Part shown: positions 48,052 to 58,189 of the stretch, piece by piece | How positions within the stretch are numbered: position 1 is the stretch's first letter | How the letters are laid out: the number at the start of each line of letters is the position of its first letter | Source: Gemmatimonadota bacterium | GTDB lineage: Bacteria > Gemmatimonadota > Gemmatimonadetes > Palauibacterales > Palauibacteraceae | Assembly: GCA_046758745.1 (NCBI GenBank) | Contig: JBHIAV010000006.1 | Span: forward strand, 1 to 64,000 | DNA: 64,000 nucleotides | Reading direction: 5' to 3' | Position numbers and translations under genes: made by a program | Notes under the pieces: generated by a model | Databases searched by the model: none | What the model saw: the letters and a program-made list of their open reading frames with translations, nothing else | What the model was told of the DNA's origin: nothing

Positions 48052-49380
48052 TCAGGAGAGTGGCCGATCCTCATCCAGGCGGGCGGCCACGCCGGATGCG
48101 GAGTCCTCCAGCAGCTCAAGGATCGGTCGGGGGTCCTTGGGACTCATCGTCTCCAGGGCGAAGATTCGAAACACGCGGGTCGTATGGAGCAGGGACTGAC
48201 TGAGCCGGGGAAGATCGATCAGCCCTTCCTCTCCAGTCGAGGTGAGTCGGCGGACCTCGCCGCGCCGACGCACGAGCAGGAGGTGTAGCCGCAGCATGCG
48301 CGGGTCCGTCGGATAGTCCAGGATCACCGAGCCACCTGCGAGCCCCCACTCCCGTGCCAGCCGGTCCTCCAGCCGGCGCACCAGCTCGGGGTGGGTCTCC
48401 ACCCAGGGCGCTCCCCCGCTCGGGAGGTCGTCACCGAACAGTTCCAGCACCCTCTTCGGGAGCCTGCGATCGACCAGCGCGGCGAGGAGCGCACGCAGAA
48501 TCGGCGGCCCGGTCCCGTTCTCCAGCCTCCTCGCAAGGAGGTTCATCAGCTCCTCATCGGTGCGACCCGGGAGCTCCTCCCGCTCCAGCGCTCGGCACGC
48601 GAGGGCGCGCTCGACCAGCCGGCGGAAGGCGGCGGTGGCAGCCCGCACCGTGTGATGCCAGTACACGTTGCGGAACATCTGGTACTTCGAGAAGAGAAGC
48701 GACTCCAGCGCGCTGATTCCCTTCTCAGTGACGGCGACCTCCAGTGGGGCTTCGGGCACCTCGCGAGCCAGCGTAAGCGAATCCAGCAGCCGTTCCACGT
48801 CTACCGCTCCGTACGGGACGCCGCAGAACAAGCTGTCACGCCGCAGGTAGTCGATCTTGTCCAGATCGAGAGAGCCGGACACGAGCCCCTGCAGCGGATG
48901 CCGCGAACGGCCCCGGATCAGCTCGGCAATGCGGGAGGGGGCCTCCGGGTGCACACCCTCCAGAGCCGCTCGAATAGGCGGCGCTTCGAGGAATCGAGCC
49001 GCCACCTCTTCGTGGTGACCCGGGATCGACTCGGGCTCCAGCTCCTCCATGGCGTGCGAAAAGGCGTAGTGCCCGACGTCGTGCAGGAGCGCGGCGAGCC
49101 GCACGACCGGGATCTCTGCCCGCTCATCGGCGCTCAGCTTCTCCAGGGCACCCGACCGTCCGAGCGTCTCGATCGCGCGGCGCGTCAGGTGATAGACGCC
49201 AAGGGCGTGCAGGAAGCGGGTGTGGACCGCGCCGGGGTAGGCCAGGTGAGCGAAGCCGAGCTGCTTGACGCGGCGAAGCCGCTGGAACTGTGGCGCGTCC
49301 ACGATGGCGGCCGCAACGGGGTCGAGCGGGATGTTCTGCCATACCGGATCCCGGACGGTCCGGGCGCGGGGCGCCGCCAT
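48052..49380 (-). CDS. HD-domain phosphohydrolase (SAMHD1/dNTP triphosphohydrolase-like)
   Basis: FQRLRRVKQLG, YPGAVHTRF, LHDVGH, DLDKIDYLRRD and NVYWHH motifs. Confidence 0.88.
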   Translation of the reverse strand: MAAPRARTVRDPVWQNIPLDPVAAAIVDAPQFQRLRRVKQLGFAHLAYPGAVHTRFLHALGVYHLTRRAIETLGRSGALEKLSADERAEIPVVRLAALLHDVGHYAFSHAMEELEPESIPGHHEEVAARFLEAPPIRAALEGVHPEAPSRIAELIRGRSRHPLQGLVSGSLDLDKIDYLRRDSLFCGVPYGAVDVERLLDSLTLAREVPEAPLEVAVTEKGISALESLLFSKYQMFRNVYWHHTVRAATAAFRRLVERALACRALEREELPGRTDEELMNLLARRLENGTGPPILRALLAALVDRRLPKRVLELFGDDLPSGGAPWVETHPELVRRLEDRLAREWGLAGGSVILDYPTDPRMLRLHLLLVRRRGEVRRLTSTGEEGLIDLPRLSQSLLHTTRVFRIFALETMSPKDPRPILELLEDSASGVAARLDEDRPLS

Positions 49381-49384
49381 CCCC

Positions 49385-49975
49385 TCAGCCTCGAGCCGCC
49401 CGCTCGCCCCGGCGCTCTTCGGCGTCCACCACGCTGATCGCCGCCAGGTCCGCGATGTCCTGCCCGCCGGCGCCCCGCTGGAGAATGTGCGCCGGCTTCG
49501 CCATGCCAAGCAGGAGGGGCCCGATCGCCTCCGCGCCGCCCAGCCGGCTGAGGAGCTTGTAGGCGAGAAGCTTGTTGACCTGGTTCGGATAGTCGGATCG
49601 GCCGGTCGTCATGATCTCGTCGTCGCGCACCGTCTGCAGCTCCTGGGGCATGATCTCATCGTGCGGGTCGGCCATGGCGAAGAGGATGGGCCGTTCCGCC
49701 ATCGAGGCCACCAGTGTCGCCGCTAAGCACGCCCGCTACGGAAAGGCCCACGAAAACGTCGGCACCGCGTATCACCTCCGCCAGGGTGCAGGCCTTCGTC
49801 TGCCGCGCGAATCGGGCCTTGTAGCGGTCCATCTCCTCCTTCCGTCCCTCGCACACCACGCCGAGGCGGTCCACCATTGTGATGTTGTCGAGCCGAACCG
49901 CCAAGCTGACGTAATGGTTCGCCGTGGCCACGGCGAGCCCTCCCGCGATGGCAAGCCCACGCCCGCCCCGCATGG
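49385..49975 (-). pseudogene. maeB: Decayed NADP-dependent malic enzyme (MaeB) remnant
   Basis: GADVFVGLS in one frame; in another frame TGRSDYPNQVN joined directly to AYKLLSRLGGAEAIGPLLLGM (PTA-domain C-terminus). Confidence 0.85.
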
Positions 49976-50110
49976 GGCCGTCCACCCCCGTTGCGCCGCG
50001 GCAGCAGCGAGCTGCCCCGCGTACGGCATCGCCACCTGCTTGACACCCCCGAAGAGCGAGGAAACTTTCTGTCTCGGATTCGACTCCCGACCCCAGCGCC
50101 CGGAGGCGCC

Positions 50111-50509
50111 TTGGAGATCAAGCACGACCTCATGATCCATCTCGGGTACGGGAAGTACTGGCGCTCGGATGAGATCGTCGGTCTCCTCCCGATCGAAGAG
50201 GGGCGCGGTCCCGGCCGCCGCACCGAGGTGTACGTGGCCAGCCGCGAGGAGCCGATCGTGGCGTCGCGCTCCGAGCAGACGATCCTTCAGGACATGGCCT
50301 CCCTCCCCGACGAGCTCGCCCGCGCCACGGAGGCGCGCTCCCTGGTGGAGGACCTTCTCGAGGAGCTGAGCGAGCTCTCGCCCGTGCTCCGGAGGATGCT
50401 CCGCAACGAGGGAGGGATCGATGTGGAGTTCTGGACCCGCCGGTTTGGTCAGCTTCTGAACCCCGAGGAGCCGGTCTCGCCGCAGGAGGATCTCTTTCCG
50501 AGAGACTGA
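50111..50509 (+). CDS. Conserved-looking hypothetical protein
   Basis: TTG after GGAGG; IHLGYGKYWRSDEIVGL...IVASRSEQTILQDM then a helical C-terminus. Confidence 0.7.
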   Translation: MEIKHDLMIHLGYGKYWRSDEIVGLLPIEEGRGPGRRTEVYVASREEPIVASRSEQTILQDMASLPDELARATEARSLVEDLLEELSELSPVLRRMLRNEGGIDVEFWTRRFGQLLNPEEPVSPQEDLFPRD

Positions 50510-50547
50510 GCCGGAACGCGCCTCCGCGCCCCCGGTACACATCTCCC

Positions 50548-52707
50548 GTGCAGACATTCCCGAATATCCCGCCTCGACCGGCGCGGCGAATCGCCGGTCA
50601 GGGGCGGAAAGTCACTCTGCGCTCCCGGTGCGGGGGGCGCTCGCTGCCGATCCTGGCGTGGCTGCTCCTGGCAGGGTGGGCCGGGGCGCCGCATGCCGAC
50701 GCCGCGGCCCAGGAGTGCCCGTCGGCGGCGGCCGAGACCGTGGAGGCGGGCTGGAACTCGGCGCGCGCGCTGGAGATCGCTGCCTCGGCCATCAGGGCGC
50801 GGCGCCATACCTTCGCCGACAGCTCCCTCCAAGCGTTCCGGGCGCGCGCGGAAGGCCACGTGCTCTTTCTGGCCGACCTCGGCGAGCTGGCCGGACAGCA
50901 GCTCATCCGAGCCGACCAGGTGGCGCTTCAGGTGGCCTGGCAGGCCCCGAGACGCTCGCTCCAGTGGATCGTCGGGCGGCGGTACATGAACCGCTTTCCC
51001 TCGCGGATTCGCTATCACATCGACCACATCAGCCTCGTGCTCGACAACTTCAGCGACCGCATAGAGATCGGAGAGGGCGAGGAGGTACGCGATGTCCTCC
51101 ACCCTGCGGCGCCGGGGGCTCTGGACATGTACCAGTACCGCCTGGTGGACTCGTTGGGGATCGAGATACTGGGGGACCTCACCAGGGTGTACCGTCTGGA
51201 GCTGCGTCCGGCGTGCTCGGCCGCGGCCGGGGCGGTCGGCACGATGGACGTGGATCGCGATTCGCGTGCGATAGCCCGGCTCGCGCTGACCTTCACCCGG
51301 GCGTCGTATGTCGACCCCTCGGTCGACTACGTGAGCGTGGAGCTGGAGTCGGGGCACTTCGGCCGACGGTACTGGCTCCCCGTCGAGCAGCGGGTGGAGA
51401 TTCGAAGGCAGGTGAATTGGCTCGACTTCCCGCTCGGCGGGATCATCCGCACCCGGTTCCGTATCCTGGAGTACGACCTGAACCCGCAGATCCGGCCCCG
51501 CCTCCGCCCGGGCAACCGGGTGGCCAGTCTGCCCGACACCGTCGTGGAGCGCTTCGCGGGTTGGGAGACCGGTCTGCTCGCCGGGCCTCTCGAGGAGCAG
51601 TGGAGGGACTCCGTCTCCCTGGAGGAGGTGCGGCGGCGCGCGCTCGCCATCGTGGGGGGGCGTTATCTCGGTGGCAACGCCCGCCTGCGCGGCTATCTCC
51701 CGGACATCTCGGGGGCCGTGCGTGGCCGACGCGCGGAGGGGCTCCTCCTGGGGGCCGGGCTCCGCTACATGCTGGACGGACGGAGCGACCTGACCGGATG
51801 GGCCGGCTATCCCCTTGCCAGGGAGCGGCTGGAGTGGCGTCTCGCCTACCGTCGCTCGATCGGGCGATCGGAAGTGCGGCTCGAAGGATTCGACGACCTT
51901 CACACCGATATCGGGCCGTTTGTGGCGGCGACCGGCGTCGTCTCGAGCTTCGGCCTCGTCATCCGGGGAGAGGACTTCGTGGACCCGTACTTCCGCGACG
52001 GCGCGACGCTGACGGTCACCCATCCCCTGTGGGGCGGGCGCGGATCCGCGGGGCTCTCGTACGAAGAGCACAGCTCGGGCTCGCTCGTGGCGGATCCGAT
52101 CGGCGGCGTGGACCCCCGGCCGGTGAGGCCGATTCGGGACGGAGAGGGGCTCCGGCTGGAGCTCGGATTCGACCGCTCTCTGGGGGAGGCGCTCTCCGCG
52201 GCATGGACGATCCGGGCGCGCGCGGAGCTCGCCGCGCCAGGCGACTTCGATTACACGAGGTGGATCGTCACGGCCAAGGCCCAGCCCCCGGCCAACGGGA
52301 TGATGAGGGAGTGGGAGGCGACCCTGGGCGCCGGGATCGTCACCGGATCGCTCCCGCCGCAGCGCCTCCTCCTGCTCGGCGGGCGAGGCACGGTGCCCGG
52401 CTACCCATTCCGCGAGTGGGGAGGCAACCTCGCGGCCTTCATCAACGCGGGCATGGCGGTGGTGTCCTTCGATCCGTGGGTGCGGCTGCGCGCCATCGCC
52501 GCAGCAGGGTGGGCGGAGCTGACCTCGGCGGGGCGGGAGGCCGCAGCCGCGCTTGGGGTCGAGAGCTCCGGCGGGATCCGCGCCTCGGCCGGCGCCGGCG
52601 TGGGACTGCTGTACGACCTCCTGAGAGTCGAGGCGGCTCGCGGGCTGGACGACGGCACATGGGAGTGGATGGTCTCGGTGAACCCCACGCTCCGCCTACC
52701 CCTGTAG
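50548..52707 (+). CDS. Probable outer-membrane beta-barrel protein
   Basis: Signal-like hydrophobic segment, alternating beta-strand patterns and GGRGTVPGY (resembles the BamA-family RG[YF] loop); start uncertain. Confidence 0.65.
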   Translation: MQTFPNIPPRPARRIAGQGRKVTLRSRCGGRSLPILAWLLLAGWAGAPHADAAAQECPSAAAETVEAGWNSARALEIAASAIRARRHTFADSSLQAFRARAEGHVLFLADLGELAGQQLIRADQVALQVAWQAPRRSLQWIVGRRYMNRFPSRIRYHIDHISLVLDNFSDRIEIGEGEEVRDVLHPAAPGALDMYQYRLVDSLGIEILGDLTRVYRLELRPACSAAAGAVGTMDVDRDSRAIARLALTFTRASYVDPSVDYVSVELESGHFGRRYWLPVEQRVEIRRQVNWLDFPLGGIIRTRFRILEYDLNPQIRPRLRPGNRVASLPDTVVERFAGWETGLLAGPLEEQWRDSVSLEEVRRRALAIVGGRYLGGNARLRGYLPDISGAVRGRRAEGLLLGAGLRYMLDGRSDLTGWAGYPLARERLEWRLAYRRSIGRSEVRLEGFDDLHTDIGPFVAATGVVSSFGLVIRGEDFVDPYFRDGATLTVTHPLWGGRGSAGLSYEEHSSGSLVADPIGGVDPRPVRPIRDGEGLRLELGFDRSLGEALSAAWTIRARAELAAPGDFDYTRWIVTAKAQPPANGMMREWEATLGAGIVTGSLPPQRLLLLGGRGTVPGYPFREWGGNLAAFINAGMAVVSFDPWVRLRAIAAAGWAELTSAGREAAAALGVESSGGIRASAGAGVGLLYDLLRVEAARGLDDGTWEWMVSVNPTLRLPL

Positions 52708-52729
52708 CCGTCGACTCCGCGGAGACCGC

Positions 52730-55528
52730 TCAGCGCTCCTTGCAGTCGTACCAGCTCTTGCCGACAGCGCAGTCGACCCGGAGCGGGACATCCATCTCGA
52801 TGGCACCCTCCATCTCCTCCCGCACCGACGCCCGTAGCTCCCGCACATCGCTCTCCGGCACCTCGAACAGCAGCTCATCGTGCACCTGGAGCAGCATGCG
52901 GCAGCGGGTGCCGGCGAGCCGTCGGTGCAGCCGGATCATCGCGACCTTGATCAGGTCGGCCGCCGTACCCTGAATGGGAGAATTCGTCGCCGTGCGCTCC
53001 CCGAAGCCCCGCATGCCCGGATTGGGAGAGCGGATCTCGGGTATGTAGCGCCTCCGGCCGAGCAGGGTCTCGACGTATCCTTTCTCCCGCGCCTCTTCCT
53101 TCATGCGCTCCAGATAGTCGCGGACGCCGCTGAAGCGGTCGAAGTACTGTTGGATGAAGGTCTGCGCCTCGGCGCGGGAGATGCGGAGCTGGCCGGCCAG
53201 GGCCACCGGTCCCTGACCGTAGATGGTCGCGAAGTTGATCGTCTTCGCCTGGTCCCGCATACCCGGCGTCACCGCCTCCGGCTCCACCCCGAAGATGAGC
53301 GCCGCCGTGTCTCGGTGAATGTCCCGACCCTCCCGGAAGGCTTTCACGAACGACGGGTCCCCGGAGAGGTGGGCGAGCACGCGAAGCTCGATCTGAGAGT
53401 AGTCGGCCGACAGGAAGACCCAACCCTCCTCCGGCACGAACCCCCTGCGGATCTCGCGACCCAGTGCAGAACGGACCGGGATGTTCTGCAGGTTCGGGTC
53501 CGAGGACGAGAGGCGACCCGTAGCCGTGACGGTCTGATTGAACCTCGTATGAAGGCGCCCCGTCCCCGGATTCACCATCGCCGGCAGCTTCATCACGTAT
53601 GTCGAGTTGAGCTTGTCCAGCTCCCGATGCTCCAGGATCAGCCGGGGGACCTCATGGCCCTGCATGGCCAGGGTCGTCAGGACGCTCTCGTCCGTCGAAG
53701 GACCGGTCTTGGTGCGGCGTACGACCGGCAGACCCAGCCGGTCGAACAGGAGCTCGCGCAGCTGCGGAACGGAGCGAAGGTTCACCTCTCCCCCGGCCAG
53801 CTTCTGGATCTCCTGCTCCACCAGCTCGATCTCGCGCGCCATGCGAGCCGCGAGAGATTCGAAAAAAGCGAGGTCGATGCGGATCCCGGCTCGCTCCATC
53901 GCCGCCAGCACCGGCACCAGCGGCATCTCGACCTCATCGAGTAGCTTGCGCATGGCGTGCTGCTCCAGCTCCCGCTCGAGCAGGCCCGTGAGACGGAGGG
54001 TGTAGTCTGCGCGCACGGCGGCGTACCTCACGGCGCGCTCGGGCGGCACCTCGGCGTAGGGGATCCGGCTGCGCCCGCTGCCGCACACTTCATCGCGAGT
54101 CGGCAGCCTACGGTCGAATCGTTCGAGGGCGAGCAGCTCGAGGCCATGCCCCCTCTTGCCCGGGTCGAGGCAGTAGGAGGCGATCGAGGTGTCGAAAGCG
54201 ATCCCGTCCAGCGACACGCCCGCCCGCCCCAGCACGACCAGGTCGTACTTGATGTCGTGACCACTCTTCGCGAGGTGGGGGTCGGCCAGGAGCTCTCTCA
54301 GAGACGACAACGGCGGCGAGTCGATCGACGGGAGGTTGGCAGGAGCCTCGCCGGCGAGGGCCAAAGAGGGGTCGTCCGTCTCATCGAGGTTCGTGGCGGG
54401 CCGCCGGTGCGCGAAGGGCATGTACCAGGCTCGCCCGCTCTCGGCTGCCAACGCCAGCCCCACCACCCGGGCACGCATCGGATCAGGAGAGTCTCCCTCC
54501 ACTGCCACCGCAACTCTCTCGGAGCGCCGAGCTTCCGCGATCGCTCTTCGCAGGTCGTCCTCCCGGGCGATGAGGGCGTAGCCGTTCTCCGGAGCACTCC
54601 GCCTCCCTCCGTCCTCCTCCGGACCGCAACCTCGCACGAGCGAGTGGAATTCGAGCTCGATGAAAAGCTCACGCAGCCTCTTTCGGTCGGGGGACTCGCG
54701 CCGGAGGGATTCCAGATCGAGCGCCACGGGAGCATCCCGGCGGATCGTCACGAGCTTCTTGGAGAGCTGCGCTTCCTCAGCGTGCTCTTCGAGCGCTCGG
54801 CGCACGCGCGCGCTGGTGATCTCGTCGCGCCGTGCGAGAATCTCCTCCAGAGTTCCCAGCTGCTCGATGAGCTTCGGCGCCGTCTTCCCCCCGATCCCCC
54901 GCACACCGGGGACATTGTCCGAGCTGTCTCCGATGAGCGCGAGGTAGTCGGTGACGCGCTCGGGCGGCACTCCGAGACGCTCCGCCGCGTTGGCCGACGT
55001 CACCCACTCCTCGCCTATCCCGGCCGGTCCACCGCGCCCCGGGTTCAGGAGGCAGGTGCGCTCGTCGATGAGCTGGTAGAAGTCCTTGTCTCCCGAAACG
55101 ATGACGGTGCACAGCCCCCGCTCGGCCGCCTGCACGGCCAAGGTACCGATGACGTCGTCGGCCTCCCAACCGTCGATCTCGATCACCGGGATGCGGAACG
55201 CGCGCACGATCTCCCGGCAGCGCGGAAGCGAGGCCGCCAGCTCGTCGGGCATCTTCTCGCGCGTTCCCTTGTATTCCTCAAACAGCTCGCCGCGAAAGCT
55301 GTCCCCCGCATCGAGCACCACCCCTATGTAGTCGGGACTCCGCTCCTCGAGAAGCCGCATCAGGAACCTCGAGAGGCCGTAGGGAGCGGATGTGTTCTCG
55401 CCGGATGCGGTGGTGAGCGGGCGGCTGATCATGGCGAAGAACGCCCGGTAGATGAGGGCGTGGCCGTCGATCAGATAGAGAGTGGGGCGGCCGACCAGCT
55501 CGGCCGGAACGTCGGACAGGGCAGGCAG
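52730..55528 (-). CDS. polA: DNA polymerase I
   Basis: LYLIDGHALIYRAFFA, EADDVIG, GDSSDNVPGV, TGRLSSSDPNLQNIP, ADYSQIELR, KTINF and LQVHDEL; start is non-canonical (see findings). Confidence 0.96.
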   Translation of the reverse strand: MPALSDVPAELVGRPTLYLIDGHALIYRAFFAMISRPLTTASGENTSAPYGLSRFLMRLLEERSPDYIGVVLDAGDSFRGELFEEYKGTREKMPDELAASLPRCREIVRAFRIPVIEIDGWEADDVIGTLAVQAAERGLCTVIVSGDKDFYQLIDERTCLLNPGRGGPAGIGEEWVTSANAAERLGVPPERVTDYLALIGDSSDNVPGVRGIGGKTAPKLIEQLGTLEEILARRDEITSARVRRALEEHAEEAQLSKKLVTIRRDAPVALDLESLRRESPDRKRLRELFIELEFHSLVRGCGPEEDGGRRSAPENGYALIAREDDLRRAIAEARRSERVAVAVEGDSPDPMRARVVGLALAAESGRAWYMPFAHRRPATNLDETDDPSLALAGEAPANLPSIDSPPLSSLRELLADPHLAKSGHDIKYDLVVLGRAGVSLDGIAFDTSIASYCLDPGKRGHGLELLALERFDRRLPTRDEVCGSGRSRIPYAEVPPERAVRYAAVRADYTLRLTGLLERELEQHAMRKLLDEVEMPLVPVLAAMERAGIRIDLAFFESLAARMAREIELVEQEIQKLAGGEVNLRSVPQLRELLFDRLGLPVVRRTKTGPSTDESVLTTLAMQGHEVPRLILEHRELDKLNSTYVMKLPAMVNPGTGRLHTRFNQTVTATGRLSSSDPNLQNIPVRSALGREIRRGFVPEEGWVFLSADYSQIELRVLAHLSGDPSFVKAFREGRDIHRDTAALIFGVEPEAVTPGMRDQAKTINFATIYGQGPVALAGQLRISRAEAQTFIQQYFDRFSGVRDYLERMKEEAREKGYVETLLGRRRYIPEIRSPNPGMRGFGERTATNSPIQGTAADLIKVAMIRLHRRLAGTRCRMLLQVHDELLFEVPESDVRELRASVREEMEGAIEMDVPLRVDCAVGKSWYDCKER

Positions 55529-55616
55529 GGTGAGTCTACCGCTTCACGCGGTCGTCGAGCCGCGTTTCCGGCATTACCCAGCTTCCGATCGGGCGGAGGG
55601 TTCGAGGGCGGACACG

Positions 55617-55817
55617 CTAAAGCTGCCGCACGTTCGCGGCCTGCGGTCCCCTCTCTCCCTCACGGATCTCGAACTCGACCTCCGCCCCTTCCACCAGCGT
55701 CTTGTATCCCTCCATCACGATCGCGCTGTAGTGGACGAAGACGTCCGGTGCGCCTTCCACCTCGATGAAGCCGTATCCCTTGGCCTCGTTGAACCACTTG
55801 ACCCTGCCTCTCGGCAT
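55617..55817 (-). CDS. csp: Cold-shock protein (CspA family)
   Basis: [24 protein letters not shown] and GPQAANV motifs. Confidence 0.95.
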   Translation of the reverse strand: MPRGRVKWFNEAKGYGFIEVEGAPDVFVHYSAIVMEGYKTLVEGAEVEFEIREGERGPQAANVRQL

Positions 55818-55861
55818 GTCACGAGCCTCCTGAGGGGTAGCATGTCGAGTTCCGCCCGATG

Positions 55862-58189
55862 CTACCCGCCGTCCTCTCGACCGTCAACGCTCGCCCCCTC
55901 GAGCCCGTACAGCCGGCGATACACGTACACGGCGACGTACACCGCCTTCAAGTATCGCCGCGTCTCGCTGAACGGGATGCGCTCGATGAACAGCTCCTCG
56001 TCGGCCTTGAACTCCGGGAACTGCCTCCACCGCACGAGGCGGTGCGGACCAGCGTTGTAGGAGGCGAGGGCCGCCGCAAGTGAACCGAACCGGTCCAGCA
56101 AGTCGCGAAGGTAGCGGCTCCCGAGTGTCATGTTGACCTCCGGTACGACGAGCTGGTCCAGGCTGAACTCCGACAGGCCCACCTGCCCGGCCAGCGCGCG
56201 GGCCGTGCGAGGAATCAGCTGCATGAGACCGACCGCGCCCGCCGTCGATACCGCACGGCTGTCGAAGATCGACTCCCGGTGGACGAGCCCGGACACGAGG
56301 GCCGGGTCGAGCCTCTCGCGCGCCGACACCGCCTCGATCGCTCGTCGAAACCGAAGCGGGTAGGCCGCCCGGATGAGCCTCAGGCTCCACGGTCGCCCCC
56401 GCGTCCGGTGCAGCCCTCGCGCGATGGCAGATCCCTGCCAGGTCCAGCCGGCTGCGTTGAGCGCCTCGGCGAGGCGCAGACGATCCTCGGCGGACTCGGC
56501 GCGCCCGTGTCTCGCCTCGCGGAGCTCGATGAGGGCGCGTCCCTTCCAGCCGAGCGACTGGAGGAGCGACATGCGATCGATCAGCGTGCGGTGGTCCGGC
56601 CCCGGCAGCGCGGTGCTTCCCGACGCGGGCAAGCCACGCCAGGGGTCGTCGCCGGAACGGAGGGCGGCGCGGATTCCGTAATAGCCGACGGGGTCGTGGG
56701 CGAGCTCCCGGTACAGCCGCCGGGCGGCCGCGCTGTCCCCCATCATCTCCCTGGCGCGCGCCTCCCAGTAGGCGGCGGCCCGGTACCAGTTCCCCGCGGG
56801 GAAGCGTCGCTGGTAGTCCGCGAGACGCCCCGCGGCGGTCTCATGGTCGCCCTCCAGGAAGTCCAGCATGGCGAGACGGAAGAGCGCCGTGCCCGCGAAG
56901 GAGGAGCGGGGGAAGGCGAGGAGAGTGCCCTCGTATCCCTGCCGCGCCGCATCCAGGTCGCCGTCCTCGTGAGCCACATCTGCGACTAGGAAGGAGGCGT
57001 AGGGGGCGTTCGGTCCGGGCCGGCTCGCGGCTTCTCTCCACGCGTCCACCGCCCGCTCCCGTTGCCCGCCCCGGTAGCGAGCCCGACCCACGAGGAACCA
57101 CATCTCTCCGAGCGTCTCGCCGCCCGGCGTGACCCGCTCAGACCGGGCCCTACCGAGCCAGCCGGCGAGCCCCGCGCTGACCTCACGGTACGCCCCGGCT
57201 CGGAAGCGCGCCTCGGCCAGCCGCAGGGCTAGGACGGCGCGACGCTCCGGCGGTGCGCCGGCGATGAGCCGACGCAACAGGACGGCTGCCCGGCCGGCGC
57301 GACCCGCGCGCCGATCCGACTCCGCGACGGCGCGGAGAACGACCGTGCCGGAGTCAAGCACGAGCAGGAGGCGGCCGACCTCCGGATTCGCGCCCCTCTC
57401 CTCCAGGGCGGCTCGCAGCTCGCGGATCGCTCCCGTCGTGTCGCCCCTGGCAAGCCGGGCCGGCGCCGTCCACTGCGCGGCCAGGGCGGAGCGGGCGCGC
57501 GGGGCGAGCTCGGCAGCCGCGGCCAAGCCGTGGGAAGGGTCGCCGGCCCGGAAGGCCGCCAGGGCGAGCTCTCGTCGCACCGAGTCACCGGGCACCACAT
57601 GATCCGCGAGGAGCTTCCCGGCAAGAGCCCGCGCACCTGCCGTGTCCCCTCCCTCGGAGCGAGCCTGCAGCGCGGAGAGCAGAAGCCACGAGGCGACCTC
57701 CGGGCTCTCGCTCGCGGCGCTCTCGAACTGGTCGGCCGCCTGCACACGCCGCCCGGAGCGAAGGAGCGCGCGCGCGTACCCGATGCGGCCGGCCAGGCGC
57801 ATTCGGGCCGCCGATCCGGCTCTGCCCGGCCCGCCGAGGTAGAGCTCATAGTGCTTTAGGGCGGCCGACAGGCTGTCCATCTCCAGCATCGCGCGGGCGA
57901 GCGCCAGGCGCCCCGCCCCTCCCTGCACGGAATCGAGCCACGCACGCCCGATGAGCAGGCGGCGAACGGCGGTCCAGTGCCTGGTCGCTTCGTAGGCCCG
58001 CGCGGCGAGCAGGATCAGGTCGGGTGTAGCCGTCTCGCCCATCGAGAGGAGTCGGGCGAGCCCGCGGCTGGCCGTGAGCGCCAGGCCCGCGTCGATCAGG
58101 CTGAGCGCTTCGGCCCGAGGGTCCGGCGCATCCTCCGGAAGCGGCTGGCCGACGACAAGGAAGGCCAGGAGGAGGGTCGAAGCGCTCAC
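55862..58189 (-). CDS. Soluble lytic transglycosylase with TPR-like repeats
   Basis: [18 protein letters not shown] and [14 protein letters not shown] overlaps the upstream stop. Confidence 0.88.
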   Translation of the reverse strand: MSASTLLLAFLVVGQPLPEDAPDPRAEALSLIDAGLALTASRGLARLLSMGETATPDLILLAARAYEATRHWTAVRRLLIGRAWLDSVQGGAGRLALARAMLEMDSLSAALKHYELYLGGPGRAGSAARMRLAGRIGYARALLRSGRRVQAADQFESAASESPEVASWLLLSALQARSEGGDTAGARALAGKLLADHVVPGDSVRRELALAAFRAGDPSHGLAAAAELAPRARSALAAQWTAPARLARGDTTGAIRELRAALEERGANPEVGRLLLVLDSGTVVLRAVAESDRRAGRAGRAAVLLRRLIAGAPPERRAVLALRLAEARFRAGAYREVSAGLAGWLGRARSERVTPGGETLGEMWFLVGRARYRGGQRERAVDAWREAASRPGPNAPYASFLVADVAHEDGDLDAARQGYEGTLLAFPRSSFAGTALFRLAMLDFLEGDHETAAGRLADYQRRFPAGNWYRAAAYWEARAREMMGDSAAARRLYRELAHDPVGYYGIRAALRSGDDPWRGLPASGSTALPGPDHRTLIDRMSLLQSLGWKGRALIELREARHGRAESAEDRLRLAEALNAAGWTWQGSAIARGLHRTRGRPWSLRLIRAAYPLRFRRAIEAVSARERLDPALVSGLVHRESIFDSRAVSTAGAVGLMQLIPRTARALAGQVGLSEFSLDQLVVPEVNMTLGSRYLRDLLDRFGSLAAALASYNAGPHRLVRWRQFPEFKADEELFIERIPFSETRRYLKAVYVAVYVYRRLYGLEGASVDGREDGG

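Noticed and set aside
47283..49380. PP2C plus HD dNTPase-like gene as an anti-phage module
   Set aside because: The genes are convergent, there is no kinase or island context, and both families are common housekeeping genes
50070..50100. GGATTCGACTCCC resembling a tRNA T-arm or tmRNA 5' end
   Set aside because: No acceptor stem, D arm, anticodon arm or CCA can be built around it
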